Below are positions 18,663-28,432 of a DNA stretch of 58,096 bases, piece after piece (the first letter of the stretch is position 1; every line of letters starts with the position of its first letter). Location of the stretch: assembly GCA_035403265.1 (NCBI GenBank), contig DAONEV010000002.1, forward strand, positions 1 through 58,096, read 5' to 3'. The notes beneath the pieces are model-generated. The model was not told where the DNA came from and made no database searches. It worked only from the letters and a program-made list of their open reading frames with translations. The DNA is from Thermoanaerobaculaceae bacterium. Its GTDB lineage: Bacteria > Acidobacteriota > Thermoanaerobaculia > Thermoanaerobaculales > Thermoanaerobaculaceae. The translations under genes and the position numbers were made by a program.

Positions 18663-19757
18663 GTGATGCTCAAGCTCAAGGATGAGTTGGACTGCCGCTG
18701 GGACCTGATCAGCCTCGGTGAGGTGATGCTCAGGTTGGACCCGGGAGAGGCTCGCATCCACACGACGCGGCAATTCTCCGCCTGGGAGGGAGGCGGTGAG
18801 TACAACGTCGCCCGCGGGCTGCGGCGCTGCTTCGGCAAGCGCACGGCGATCCTGACGGCGCTCGTCGACAATCCGGTCGGACGGCTCGTCGAGGACCTGA
18901 TGCTCCAGGGTGGGGTGGACCTTTCGCTTGTCCGCTGGGTTCCCCATGACGGGGTGGGACGGGAAGCCCGAAACGGCTTGAACTTCACGGAACGGGGGTT
19001 CGGGCCGCGCGCCGCGGTGAGTTGCTCGGACCGGGGGCACACCGCCGTGTCGCGACTCCAGCCCGGCGACTTCGACTGGGAGGCGATCCTCGGCAAGGCC
19101 GGGGCGCGCTGGCTGCACTCGGGCGGGATTTTCTGCGCCCTCGGCGAGTCGACGCCGGCGGTGGCGCTGGCGGCCTTCGAGACGGCGAGGAGACATGGCA
19201 CGATCGTGTCATACGACCTCAACTACCGGGAGTCCCTCTGGCGCTCCGGCGGAGGCCGCTCGCGAGCGCAGGAGGTCAACCGGTCCCTGCTGGGCTCGGT
19301 CGACGTGCTGCTCGGGAACGAGGAGGACTTCACCGCCGCGCTCGGGTTCGAGGTCGATGGAACCGACCCGGGCTTCGCAGACCTCCCGACGGCCGGTTTC
19401 CGCCGCATGATCGAGAGGGTCACGGGTGCCTTCCCGAACCTGACGGCCGTGGCGACAACCCTGCGCACCGCCGGCAGCGCGAGCCGGAACGGCTGGGGCG
19501 CTCTCTGCTGGGTCGCCGGCACGTTCTACGAGGTCCAGCAGGCCGACATCGAGATCCTCGACCGGGTGGGCGGCGGCGATTCCTTCGCATCCGGCCTGAT
19601 CTGTGGGCTGATGGAAGACCGGGGTCCCCAGTGGGCGCTGCGATGCGGCGTGGCGCACGGTGCCCTCGCCATGTCCACGCCGGGCGACACCTCCATGGCG
19701 ACAAGGGCGGAAGTCGAGCGGCGGATGACTGGCTCGACCGCGAGGATCGAGCGATGA
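18663..19757 (+). CDS. kdgK: 2-dehydro-3-deoxygluconokinase-like PfkB sugar kinase (kinase 1)
   Basis: PfkB motifs (SLGEVMLRL, GGGEYNVA, ILDRVGGGDSFASG). Translationally coupled (ATGA) to eda. GTG 18663 or ATG 18666 could be the start, with GGAG at 18654-18657. Confidence 0.8.
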   Translation: MMLKLKDELDCRWDLISLGEVMLRLDPGEARIHTTRQFSAWEGGGEYNVARGLRRCFGKRTAILTALVDNPVGRLVEDLMLQGGVDLSLVRWVPHDGVGREARNGLNFTERGFGPRAAVSCSDRGHTAVSRLQPGDFDWEAILGKAGARWLHSGGIFCALGESTPAVALAAFETARRHGTIVSYDLNYRESLWRSGGGRSRAQEVNRSLLGSVDVLLGNEEDFTAALGFEVDGTDPGFADLPTAGFRRMIERVTGAFPNLTAVATTLRTAGSASRNGWGALCWVAGTFYEVQQADIEILDRVGGGDSFASGLICGLMEDRGPQWALRCGVAHGALAMSTPGDTSMATRAEVERRMTGSTARIER

Positions 19758-20416
19758 GGCGGCAGGAGGCGGTCGAGAGGATCGAGAGGCTCGGCCTCGT
19801 CCCGGTCGTGCGGGCACCCTCGGCGCTGCTGGCGCGACGTGCGGCGTTCGCCGTGATGGCCGGCGGGATCGACGTTCTCGAGATCACCATGACCGTTCCC
19901 GACGCCCTCGAGGTCCTGCGCCAGCTCGTCGCCGACCTCGGGGACCGGGCCCTGGTCGGGGCCGGGACGGTCCTCGACGCCGACACTGCCCGGGCCTGCA
20001 TTGCGGCCGGTGCCCGGTTCATTGTCGCGCCGGGCCTCGACCTGGAGACCGTGCGTGCGGCGCAGGCTCTCGACACGGCTGTGATGCCTGGTGCACTGAC
20101 GCCAACCGAGGTCATGGCGGCGTGGAAGGCGGGCGCGGACATGGTCAAGATCTTCCCCTGCTCGGCGGTAGGAGGGCCGGAGTATGTGCGGGCTCTCAAG
20201 GCGCCGTTCCCTCGGGTGAAGCTCCTGCCCACTGGCGGCGTCGACCGGCAGATGGCGGCGGACTATATCCGCGCCGGTGCCTCGGCCCTGGGGGTCGGCA
20301 CGGCGCTCGTCGACGTGAGGGTCATGCAGTCCCAGGGCGACGAGGTGCTGTCGGCTCGCGCTCGAGAGCTGGTCGAGCTCGTCGGCGCCACGCGTGCCCA
20401 GCTCGAAGGGCGGTAG
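19754..20416 (+). CDS. eda: 2-dehydro-3-deoxyphosphogluconate (KDPG) aldolase
   Basis: VPVVR, VLEITM, GAGTVL, FIVAPG, the Schiff-base Lys context VKIFP, and LPTGGV. The ATG overlaps the kdgK stop. Confidence 0.9.
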   Translation: MRRQEAVERIERLGLVPVVRAPSALLARRAAFAVMAGGIDVLEITMTVPDALEVLRQLVADLGDRALVGAGTVLDADTARACIAAGARFIVAPGLDLETVRAAQALDTAVMPGALTPTEVMAAWKAGADMVKIFPCSAVGGPEYVRALKAPFPRVKLLPTGGVDRQMAADYIRAGASALGVGTALVDVRVMQSQGDEVLSARARELVELVGATRAQLEGR

Positions 20417-21790
20417 GTGGTGCGCTGCGGAAACCACCGCTGGCGGGGCTGGCCACTGGTCGCCCTGGGTGTCACCGTGGCCTGTGTCGGCGGACGTGGG
20501 GCGCTGGTCGATCGTGGGGCAGCCGGCCCGGGTTCGGGAGAGACTGCCGATTGGGTGGTCGCGCAGGACGGGAGTGGAGACTTCCGAACCGTGCAGGCGG
20601 CACTCGACGCGCTTCCGTGCGATGCGGACAGGTATCGCGTCATCCTCCTGCGCCCGGGCGTATACCGGGAGAAGATCTTCGTGACGAAGAGCAAGGTGGC
20701 CCTGGTCGGGGAGGACCGGGACGCCACACGCCTCGTCTTCTCCGAGCTGCGCTCCGAGTGGCGGCAAAGCCATGCCGACGACTGGGGCGCCGCAGTCGTC
20801 AACGTCGGCAACGACGTCGAAGACCTCGTCCTCGCCAACCTCACGATTCGCAACGACTTCGGGAGCCGGGGCGGGAGTCACGACCATCAATTCGCGGTTC
20901 GCAGCGGGGGCGCCTCGACCCGCATCTCGGTCCTCCACGCCAACGTGATCGCGGACGGCGGCGATACGATCTCGCTCTGGAACAGCATGTCCGGGATGAC
21001 TTACCACGCGGACTCGTCCTTCGAGGGCTGGGTGGACTTCTTCTGCCCGCGCGGCTGGAGCTACGTCAGGGACAGCCGGTTCTTCGGCCACAACGAGACC
21101 GCCGCCATCTGGCACGACGGCAGCAACGACGAGGACCAGAAGCTGGTGATCCAGAGTAGCCGTTTCGATGGCGTCCCCGGGTTCGCCCTCGGCCGGAACA
21201 CCCGAGACGGCCAGTTCTACCTGCTCGACTGCACGTTCTCGGCGGCGATGGCCGATCGCCCGATCTACCTCGCCCGCGAGCCGGAGACGTTCCGTTGGGG
21301 TCTCCGGGCGTACTTCTGGGGTTGTCGGCGGGAAGGTGGTGATTTCCCGTGGCTCGCCGACAACTTGCACCAGGCGCCGGGCGCTCCGAGCCCAGGGGAG
21401 ATCGATGCGCGCTGGACCTTCGGTGGCAGGTGGGACCCCGAAGCGACACTCCCGGCGGTCCTGCCGTTCGCCAGCATCCCGACCCCGCGCAACGGCGCTC
21501 GCGGGGTCCCAGCGACGCGGGCCCGGCTCCGGTGGATCGGTGCCCGCAACGCCGCCGCCTATGACGTTCACTTCGGTCAGACGGACCCGCCTCCGGTCGT
21601 CGCCCGGGTCAAGGTCGCCTGGTTCGATCCGGGTCTCCTGACGCCGGGTAGGATGTACGTGTGGCGTGTCGATGCGGTGACAGCACATGGGACCGTCGAG
21701 GGAGCCGTCTGGCGTTTCGGGACCACGCCGAGGGAGCCTGGACCAGCGACAGCGCCTCGAGGGAATGAGGTGAGCCAGCATGGACAGTGA
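20417..21790 (+). CDS. pectinesterase (CE8) with C-terminal Ig/FN3-like extension, secreted
   Basis: VVAQDGSGDFRTVQAALDALP, GGDTISLW and GWVDFFCPRG match the CE8 pattern (QDGSGxF, QDTL, VDFIFG). GTG 20417 directly follows the eda stop. Confidence 0.8.
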   Translation: MVRCGNHRWRGWPLVALGVTVACVGGRGALVDRGAAGPGSGETADWVVAQDGSGDFRTVQAALDALPCDADRYRVILLRPGVYREKIFVTKSKVALVGEDRDATRLVFSELRSEWRQSHADDWGAAVVNVGNDVEDLVLANLTIRNDFGSRGGSHDHQFAVRSGGASTRISVLHANVIADGGDTISLWNSMSGMTYHADSSFEGWVDFFCPRGWSYVRDSRFFGHNETAAIWHDGSNDEDQKLVIQSSRFDGVPGFALGRNTRDGQFYLLDCTFSAAMADRPIYLAREPETFRWGLRAYFWGCRREGGDFPWLADNLHQAPGAPSPGEIDARWTFGGRWDPEATLPAVLPFASIPTPRNGARGVPATRARLRWIGARNAAAYDVHFGQTDPPPVVARVKVAWFDPGLLTPGRMYVWRVDAVTAHGTVEGAVWRFGTTPREPGPATAPRGNEVSQHGQ

Positions 21791-22541
21791 GACCTTGATC
21801 GAGCAGCCTGCCAAGCCAGACGCAGCGGAAAGCGTCGTCGCCTATGTCCGTGATCTGCTCAGCAAGGGCGAGGTCAAACCCGGTGACCGACTGCCCGCCG
21901 AGAGGGACCTGGCCCTGGAGATTGGTGTCAGCCGACCGAGCGTCCGCGCCGGGCTCCAGGCGCTCGCGGCGATGGGAGTCGTGGACTCGAGGCGCGGCTC
22001 CGGGACCTACATCAGCACGGGCCCGCCGGTGCTGAGTAGTGGTCCTCTCCAGCTCCTCGCGATCCTCCATGGCATTCCCCGGGCCGAGATCTTCGAGGCC
22101 AGGCGCGTCCTCGAAGCCCGCACGGCGCGACTGGCCGTCGAGCGGGCCGCCGGGGAGTCACTGGCCGAGATCTCCGAGGAGGTGATGGGCATGTTCGCCT
22201 CCACCGGGGATCCGCAGGAGTTCCTCCTGCACGACATCCGATTCCACCGTGCCGTCGCTCGGGCTTCGGGGAACATGGTCCTTTCGGCTCTCGTGGAGAT
22301 GGTGTCGGAGATCTTCTATGAGCAGCGCAAGGCGACGGCGGGTCTGGATCGCGACCTGCGCATCTCGGCCGAGGAGCACCGGCGGATCTACCAGGCGATC
22401 CGAGACCGCGATCCCGATGCCGCGGAGCGGGAGCTGGATGGACACCTGCGCGCCTCACTGGAGAGGCAGGAGCGGGAGAATCGGAACCACGCACAGGCGC
22501 TACAGAAGGACGGGAACCCGAAACGGAAGAAGGGAAGCTAG
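21780..22541 (+). CDS. GntR/FadR-family transcriptional regulator (paralogue 2)
   Basis: wHTH (PGDRLPAERDLALEIGVSRPSVRAGLQALAAMGV) plus an FCD-like domain. Clearly paralogous to 17717-18466. Overlaps the pectinesterase stop by 11 nt. Confidence 0.88.
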   Translation: MDSETLIEQPAKPDAAESVVAYVRDLLSKGEVKPGDRLPAERDLALEIGVSRPSVRAGLQALAAMGVVDSRRGSGTYISTGPPVLSSGPLQLLAILHGIPRAEIFEARRVLEARTARLAVERAAGESLAEISEEVMGMFASTGDPQEFLLHDIRFHRAVARASGNMVLSALVEMVSEIFYEQRKATAGLDRDLRISAEEHRRIYQAIRDRDPDAAERELDGHLRASLERQERENRNHAQALQKDGNPKRKKGS

Positions 22542-22573
22542 ACACCGCGGTTGGGCGGGATGGGAGCACTGGA

Positions 22574-23989
22574 ATGACCTCCAAGGGGTTTGGCGTCGTC
22601 GGATTGGGCGTCATGGGGCGCAACCTCGCCCTCAACCTGGCGCGGCATGGCTTCCCCGTCATGGGCTTCGACCTCGATGCCGAGCAGCGCCGGATCGCGC
22701 ACGAGTTGCTGGCAAACGAAGGCTCCTCGACTGTCGAGTCGCTCGCGCGTCTCGTCCTCGGTCTTGAGCCACCGCGCCGCGTCATGCTGATGGTTCCGGC
22801 AGGACCGCCGGTCGATCGCGTGGTGGACGAGCTGACAGGGCTCCTTGCACCCGGGGACATCGTCATCGACGGTGGTAACTCCCATTTTCACGACACCCAG
22901 AGGCGTCAGGGCACGCTGCAACAGCACGGTCTGAATCTCCTCGGGACGGGAGTCAGCGGTGGAGAGGCCGGCGCTCTTGCCGGGCCTGCGATCATGCCGG
23001 GCGGCCCGAGGGATGCCTATCGCCTCGTCGAGGAGGCCTTGACGGCGATCGCGGCCCGCAGCGACGAGGGCCCGTGCTGCGCGTACATGGGATCGCGCGG
23101 CGCTGGGCACTTCGTCAAGATGGTCCACAACGGCATCGAGTACGCGATCATGCAGCTCATCGGGGAGGTCTACTCGCTGCTTGGCATCGCCGGGGGCCTG
23201 TCGGCTCCAGAGCAGGCGGAGGTATTCGCGACCTGGAAGGAAGGCGAGCTCGGATCGTATCTCGTCGAGATCACCGCCGCGGTCCTGGCCAAGGTGGACG
23301 ACGTGACCGGTCTTCCCCTGGTCGACGTGATCCTCGACACGGCCGGCCAGAAGGGAACGGGCAAGTGGACCTCGCAGACGGCCTCGGACCTCGGCGTGGC
23401 CGTGCCGTCGATCGACGCGGCCCTCCACGGCCGGATGCTCTCCGCGCTCAAGAGTGAGCGGGTCGCTGCCGCCGGATTGCTCGGTCGGGGAGGGGACCGG
23501 AGCCGAGCCACCCAGCCGTCGCCTGGCAGCCTCGTCGAGCTGACCCGGGACGCCCTCCGCGTCGCGAGCGTGGCCGCCTACGCGCAGGGGTTCGCGCTCC
23601 TGCGCGAAGGCTCGCGCGAGTACGGCTTCGGCCTCGACCTGGCCGAGATCGCCCGGGTTTGGAAGGGCGGCTGCATCATCCGCGCCCGCGTGCTGAACGA
23701 GGTCCGGGCCGCCCTGCTCGCAGACCCGGACCTGACCAATCTCCTGGTCGCGCCCGTGCTCGTTCCCGTTGTGCGGGCCCTCGATGGCGCGTTGCGTGAG
23801 GTCGTGGTCGCGTGTGTCCGAGCCGGCGTTGCGTGTCCCGGGTTCTCCGCGACGCTCGCCTACCTCGACTCCGTGCGGACCGAGAGACTGCCCGCCAATC
23901 TCCTGCAGGCGCAGCGGGATTTCTTCGGCGCCCACACCTACCGGCGGATCGACAAGCCCGCCGATGTGGCGTTCCACACGATCTGGTGA
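22574..23989 (+). CDS. gnd: 6-phosphogluconate dehydrogenase, decarboxylating
   Basis: Collinear with E. coli Gnd as recalled (GVVGLGVMGRNLALN, IIDGGNSHF, GTGVSGGE.GA..GP.IMPGG, GAGHFVKMVHNGIEY, KGTGKWT, QAQRDFFGAHTY.RID). Confidence 0.95.
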   Translation: MTSKGFGVVGLGVMGRNLALNLARHGFPVMGFDLDAEQRRIAHELLANEGSSTVESLARLVLGLEPPRRVMLMVPAGPPVDRVVDELTGLLAPGDIVIDGGNSHFHDTQRRQGTLQQHGLNLLGTGVSGGEAGALAGPAIMPGGPRDAYRLVEEALTAIAARSDEGPCCAYMGSRGAGHFVKMVHNGIEYAIMQLIGEVYSLLGIAGGLSAPEQAEVFATWKEGELGSYLVEITAAVLAKVDDVTGLPLVDVILDTAGQKGTGKWTSQTASDLGVAVPSIDAALHGRMLSALKSERVAAAGLLGRGGDRSRATQPSPGSLVELTRDALRVASVAAYAQGFALLREGSREYGFGLDLAEIARVWKGGCIIRARVLNEVRAALLADPDLTNLLVAPVLVPVVRALDGALREVVVACVRAGVACPGFSATLAYLDSVRTERLPANLLQAQRDFFGAHTYRRIDKPADVAFHTIW

Positions 23990-24023
23990 GCAGGTCCTGC
24001 CACCGGACGGCGGGACGTCCGAC

Positions 24024-25007
24024 TCAGGGGGCCGGCGCGAGCCAGCCGTGGGACCGCATCCACTCCTCGAGCCGCGTCGGCCATTCGGAGGTCGGGCCGA
24101 GGCCCGGGTTGGTACCGAAGCCGTGCGGACCTCTCTCGTAGAGGTGCATCTCGGCCGGGACACCGGCACGGCGCAGCGCCTGGAAGAAGAGCAGGCTGTT
24201 CTCGAGTGGCACCGAGCTGTCCTCGGCGGTATGGACGAGAAATGTGGGGGGGGTGTCCTTCGTCACCTGGTTCTCGAGCGAAAGCCGCTCGACCAGGGCC
24301 GGGGTCGGGTTCTCCCCGAGGAGATTCCGGCGGGACAGTACGTGGGTGAACGGCGTGGTCATCGTGATCACCGGGTAGAGGAGGGCGAGGAAGTCCGGCC
24401 GGGCGCTCGTGGTGTCCAGCGCCGCTCCGGTCCGTCCTTCGGGCGCATCGAACAGTGTCCCGGCGCAGGCCGCCAGATGGCCGCCGGCGGATGACCCCAG
24501 GACCCCGATCCGATCCGGCCGCACGCCCAGCTCGTGGGCCTGGGAGCGGACGAGCCGGATGGCCCGCAGGACATCGCGCAACGGTGCCGGGTGACCGAAC
24601 TCCACGAGCCGGTACTTGAGGACGTACGCCGAGACCCCGAGCGTATTGAGCCGCTTGACGAGGTCGCTGCCCTCCCGCGAGACCGCGAGGCGCCCGTAGC
24701 TCCCGCCCGGACAGACGATGACCGCGGTTCCCACGGTGGTCTGCGCCGGCGCCGGGAAGGCGGTCAGGGTGGGAACCTGGACGTTGTAGACGCGCCCGTC
24801 CTCGAGGCGTTCCGCGCCGCCCTCGGGTCGAGCCCCGGGAACGCCTTCGGGCCAGAGCGGCATCACTCTGGGCGCCTGCGCGAGGGCCGCCGGAGCGGAG
24901 ATCCCGAGCGCGAGCAGGAGCCATCGAGCCCCGCGCCGGGACCGGCGACTCTCACCCGATCTTCGCGAGCCGGTCAGTTGCCTGACGACGACCTGCGCCG
25001 GCGCCAT
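24024..25007 (-). CDS. secreted alpha/beta-hydrolase, esterase (candidate pectin/carbohydrate acetylesterase)
   Basis: Arg-rich signal segment (SRRSRRGARWLLLALGISAPAALA). GGSYG oxyanion-type motif and the nucleophile elbow GSSAGG. The start overlaps the exuT stop. Confidence 0.7.
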   Translation of the reverse strand: MAPAQVVVRQLTGSRRSGESRRSRRGARWLLLALGISAPAALAQAPRVMPLWPEGVPGARPEGGAERLEDGRVYNVQVPTLTAFPAPAQTTVGTAVIVCPGGSYGRLAVSREGSDLVKRLNTLGVSAYVLKYRLVEFGHPAPLRDVLRAIRLVRSQAHELGVRPDRIGVLGSSAGGHLAACAGTLFDAPEGRTGAALDTTSARPDFLALLYPVITMTTPFTHVLSRRNLLGENPTPALVERLSLENQVTKDTPPTFLVHTAEDSSVPLENSLLFFQALRRAGVPAEMHLYERGPHGFGTNPGLGPTSEWPTRLEEWMRSHGWLAPAP

Positions 25008-26317
25008 CAGGGCCTCGTGTCCTGACTCTCATGCAGCGGCGCCAGGCTCGGAGCGAGGAGGTGGTGGATTGCGAACGCGATCAGATAGGCCGAGGCGCAG
25101 ATGGCGAAGAGGATCCCGTAACCCTGGTTGGCTGGAAGGCGGTCCAGGAGCCAGCCCGAGAACCAGGGGAACAGGATGCCCCCGATCGAGCCCGCCATGC
25201 CTCCGATGCCGACGATGGTCCCCACGTCCTTCTTGGCGAACATGTCGGAGACGGTCGTGAAGAGGTTCGCGGACCACGCCTGGTGCGCCGAGCCGGCGAG
25301 GCCGATGAGCATGACGGCCGGCCAGTCGCCAACGTGTGTGGCGCCGAGGATGGGCAGGACGCAAAGGGCATAGAGAAACATCCCGGCCTTGCGGGCGCGC
25401 GTCACGCTCCAGCCGCGCTGACTGAGGTGGCCGGTCAGCCACCCGCCGGCGATGCTGAGCACCGTGACGATGGCGTAGATCGTCACGAGGTGAACCCAAC
25501 TGTGCTTGATGCCGAGGCCGCGGGTCTTCCTGAAGTAGTCGGGGAGCCAGATGAGAAAGAACCACCAGACCGGGTCGGTCATGAACTTGGCGACGACGAA
25601 CGACCAGGTCTGGCGGCAACGCAGCGCCTTGAGCCAGCCCATCGGCTGGCCCCCGGAGCCGGACTCGTCGCGATCGCTCTGGATGAGGGCCAGCTCTGAG
25701 GTTGAGAGCCGCTTCTGTTTCTCGGGGACCTCGTAGAACGGGAGCCAGAGCAACAGCCAGAGGAACCCCGCCGCCCCAGCGAACAGGAACGCCGAGCGCC
25801 AGCCCAGGGCCAGCGCGAGGGCCGGGATGACGGCCGGAGCGACGATCGCACCGACGTTGGTCCCGGAGTTGAACAGCGCGGTGGCGAAGGCGCGCTCCCG
25901 CCGGGGGAACCAGATCGCCACCGCCTTGATCGCGGCCGGGAAGTTCCCGCCTTCGCTGCAACCAAGGCCGATTCGGGCGGCGAAGAAGCCCCGCACCGAG
26001 CCGACCGCCGCGTGGCTCATCGCCGCGAGGCTCCAGCAGACAAGGGAGACGGCATAACCGATCTTGGTGCCAAAGCGGTCGACGAACCAGCCGAACGCCA
26101 GCAGGCCGACGGCATACGCACCCTGGAACGCCGAGTTGACCATGCCGAACTGCTCGTTGGTCCAGCCCAGCTCCTGGTCGAGCAGCTCCTTGATCAGCGC
26201 CAGGATCTGCCGGTCGACGTAGTTGACCGTGGTGGCGAGAAAGAGCAGCGCACAGATGACCCAGCGGTAGCGGCCCACGCTGGAGCTCACGGAGGCTTTC
26301 AACCCGGATGGGGACAT
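25007..26317 (-). CDS. exuT: MFS hexuronate transporter
   Basis: 12-TM MFS pattern. ExuT/ACS-family motifs as recalled (VNYVDRQ, FGTKIGYA, WFPRRERAFA..LFNSGTNVGA). Confidence 0.8.
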   Translation of the reverse strand: MSPSGLKASVSSSVGRYRWVICALLFLATTVNYVDRQILALIKELLDQELGWTNEQFGMVNSAFQGAYAVGLLAFGWFVDRFGTKIGYAVSLVCWSLAAMSHAAVGSVRGFFAARIGLGCSEGGNFPAAIKAVAIWFPRRERAFATALFNSGTNVGAIVAPAVIPALALALGWRSAFLFAGAAGFLWLLLWLPFYEVPEKQKRLSTSELALIQSDRDESGSGGQPMGWLKALRCRQTWSFVVAKFMTDPVWWFFLIWLPDYFRKTRGLGIKHSWVHLVTIYAIVTVLSIAGGWLTGHLSQRGWSVTRARKAGMFLYALCVLPILGATHVGDWPAVMLIGLAGSAHQAWSANLFTTVSDMFAKKDVGTIVGIGGMAGSIGGILFPWFSGWLLDRLPANQGYGILFAICASAYLIAFAIHHLLAPSLAPLHESQDTRP

Positions 26318-26348
26318 CGAGCACCCCTTTCATGTGGTCGGAGACGGT

Positions 26349-28265
26349 TCATGCGACGAGGTCCCGCTCGAAAGCGGCGAAGTCCTCCAGAGTGGCCAGC
26401 CGTGCCCTCGCCCTGGCCACTCGTGCGGAGTCCGCCAGACCTGTGGTTTCGGCGAGGAAGAGGATGTAGCTCGCCACGCCCCGGGCGAAGGCCAGCCGCG
26501 CCTCGTCGCTGACGGCGTAGAAGCGGGCTCTCTGGGCGTATCCGTCCGGGCCATGGTCGCCGAGACGGTCCGGGCGGCCGCCAGCGGCCAGGACGAACAG
26601 GAAGTTGTACTCGAACCAGAACATGTGGTCGGGCGAGGCCGGGAGCGCGGCAAGCGTCTCGCGGAGTGTCGCCGGGCTCTCGAAAGTACCTGTGGCGTCG
26701 CGGTTCTCGTGGGCGAGCGCATGGGCGATGAACTCGCGGGCCATGCGTCGCCGGGTCGGGTCGTCGGCGAACGCCCCGGCGATTGCAAGGTCGCGTGTGA
26801 ACCCATACCAGTCGCGCCAGAGCGCCTGGTCATTCGCGTCGCGCGAGCCGGCGAGGGCGACCCCCATCGCGTAGGTGTAGCGACCCGAGGTCTTGATCTC
26901 CAGGTTTTGCCTCGTCACCTCGCCGACGACCCTGTAGTTCTCGGCGGACTTGCCGCTGCCGGAGTGAAACCCGATCGAAGCTCCGAAGCTGCGTGCCACC
27001 CGAGAGAGGGCTTCGACCGTGTGCTGCAGCTCGGCGTTGTCGGGGAACGGGAAGTTCTTCTGGAAGCCGATGGCGGGTGCCACGAAGTGGATCTCGACGC
27101 CGAGCGCTTCGGCCATTGCCAGGCAGAGCGCCAGAGTCTCCGGCGTCGTGCGGCCGGGCAGCTCGTCGACCGAAAGCTCGCGGAAGTACCGGCGGCCCAC
27201 CTCCTCCGTGAAGAGCTCCTGGCGCACCCGGGCGTACGCCTCATCGCGCCGCTTGAGCTTGCGCATCGCCGGCAGGAGGGTGGTGAAGAGTCGCCGAGCC
27301 TCGGCCGCGTCGAGCCCCAGGCCGAGGGGGGTGAGCCGGGCCAGCACCCTTCCGAGCAGGCCCTGGTCGTCGAGCTCGACCACGCCCTCGGAGAGGGGTC
27401 GAAGGACCAACTCCGGCGAGAGATCGAAGGTGATGTAGCTCGCAAAGGCACAACCCTGGGCGAGCTCCTCCTCGATGGCGTCGAAGCGGCCGCCGATCGG
27501 CTGGTGATCGGCGTTGAACCCCCACGGGATGCGCCGGCGGTGGAATCCGAGCTTGAGGAGCTCGACGATGCCGGCGTGGGACATTCCCTCCACCGACTGT
27601 CCCTGATGCCCTTCGGGCACCGATCCGCCGATGAACGGGAATGGCACCAGCGCGAGACGGCCATCGAGCATGGCGTCGACGTCGTACACGAGCTCGCGGG
27701 GGATGGAGTTCTGGTTCGCCGTCAGGGAGAGCCCAAGCTCCTTCATGACCCAGACCACGGCCGGCCAGTGGAGCGTCGTGAAGCGTGCACCGATCCCCAG
27801 GCTCGAGCGGCCGAGAGTCCCTCGAGCCACCGGGAAGACCGTGCTGGCCGGGTCATGCCTCTGGACGAGGTTCTTGAGGGCGGCGAGCCGATCCCATCGC
27901 AAAGGGAGTAGCTGGAGGCCGTCTCCCAGGGAGGTGACACCTGCAATCGGCAGCGGCTCCTCGCCCGCGACGAGGAAACCGGCGTCGCCGGTTTCGCGCA
28001 CCTCGACCACGAAGAGGCGCCAGGAGCCGACCTCGAGCGCGGAGGCGGGATAGAAGTCGATGTCATTGACCTCGATCCGGACCGCCTTTCCGGGAGTCTC
28101 ACCGGCCCCTGCGAGCACGAGGCCTCCGAGAGCCGGCAGCATGGCCCGAACGGCTTGCTCGAGGGCTGGCGGGTCGAGGCAGAGATCCGGGGAGACCGCC
28201 GGGTTGGTCCTGATGCGAATGCCGTGCGCCACCAGGAAGTCGTTGATCGCTGCCGTCGTGTGCAT
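26349..28265 (-). CDS. tagaturonate/fructuronate epimerase-like protein (UxaE family, long form)
   Basis: 638 aa. TIM-barrel-like core with the GFNADHQP motif, which I associate with the UxaE/GatZ-like fold. Context between an SDR and exuT, in a locus with uxaC but no uxaB/uxaA, supports the call. The family assignment is from memory and context and needs an HMM check. Confidence 0.5.
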   Translation of the reverse strand: MHTTAAINDFLVAHGIRIRTNPAVSPDLCLDPPALEQAVRAMLPALGGLVLAGAGETPGKAVRIEVNDIDFYPASALEVGSWRLFVVEVRETGDAGFLVAGEEPLPIAGVTSLGDGLQLLPLRWDRLAALKNLVQRHDPASTVFPVARGTLGRSSLGIGARFTTLHWPAVVWVMKELGLSLTANQNSIPRELVYDVDAMLDGRLALVPFPFIGGSVPEGHQGQSVEGMSHAGIVELLKLGFHRRRIPWGFNADHQPIGGRFDAIEEELAQGCAFASYITFDLSPELVLRPLSEGVVELDDQGLLGRVLARLTPLGLGLDAAEARRLFTTLLPAMRKLKRRDEAYARVRQELFTEEVGRRYFRELSVDELPGRTTPETLALCLAMAEALGVEIHFVAPAIGFQKNFPFPDNAELQHTVEALSRVARSFGASIGFHSGSGKSAENYRVVGEVTRQNLEIKTSGRYTYAMGVALAGSRDANDQALWRDWYGFTRDLAIAGAFADDPTRRRMAREFIAHALAHENRDATGTFESPATLRETLAALPASPDHMFWFEYNFLFVLAAGGRPDRLGDHGPDGYAQRARFYAVSDEARLAFARGVASYILFLAETTGLADSARVARARARLATLEDFAAFERDLVA

Positions 28266-28337
28266 GCTGCCCCTCCCGGTCGTCGTCTGTCGCCGCCAGA
28301 ACCCGTGGGGCTGGAGACTGCCCGGCCCTGCAGATTG

Positions 28338-28385
28338 CGTGGTCGGTCCACCTTTATTCTAGTCTGTCAACCGTCCTTACCACTT
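28338..28385 (-). promoter_or_regulatory. operator-like sites upstream of the uxaE-like/exuT/esterase operon
   Basis: GTGGTCGGTCCAC (28338-28350) matches 9/10 arm positions of GTGGT-N3-ACCAC. Read on the minus strand, the half-site AAGTGGT (within 28371-28385) abuts a TTGACA (28365-28370). Confidence 0.4.
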
Positions 28386-28432
28386 CATGCTCGCACGCCG
28401 GGTTCTTCGGGCCCCAGCCAGGTCCAGTCGCA

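Noticed and set aside
19526-24169. Long minus-strand ORFs 19526..21814 (762 aa) and 22538..24169 (543 aa)
   Set aside because: They lie antisense to eda, the pectinesterase and gnd, all of which have strong family motifs. The translations are Arg/Gly/Pro-rich junk.
26334-27911. Plus-strand ORF of 525 aa opposite the UxaE-like gene. The same class includes 5910..7253, 15861..17750, 31156..32583, 32790..34565, 34547..35914, 35864..37366, 52654..54885 and 54149..55558.
   Set aside because: All are antisense shadows of motif-bearing genes. None shows a recognisable domain, signal peptide or sensible start context.
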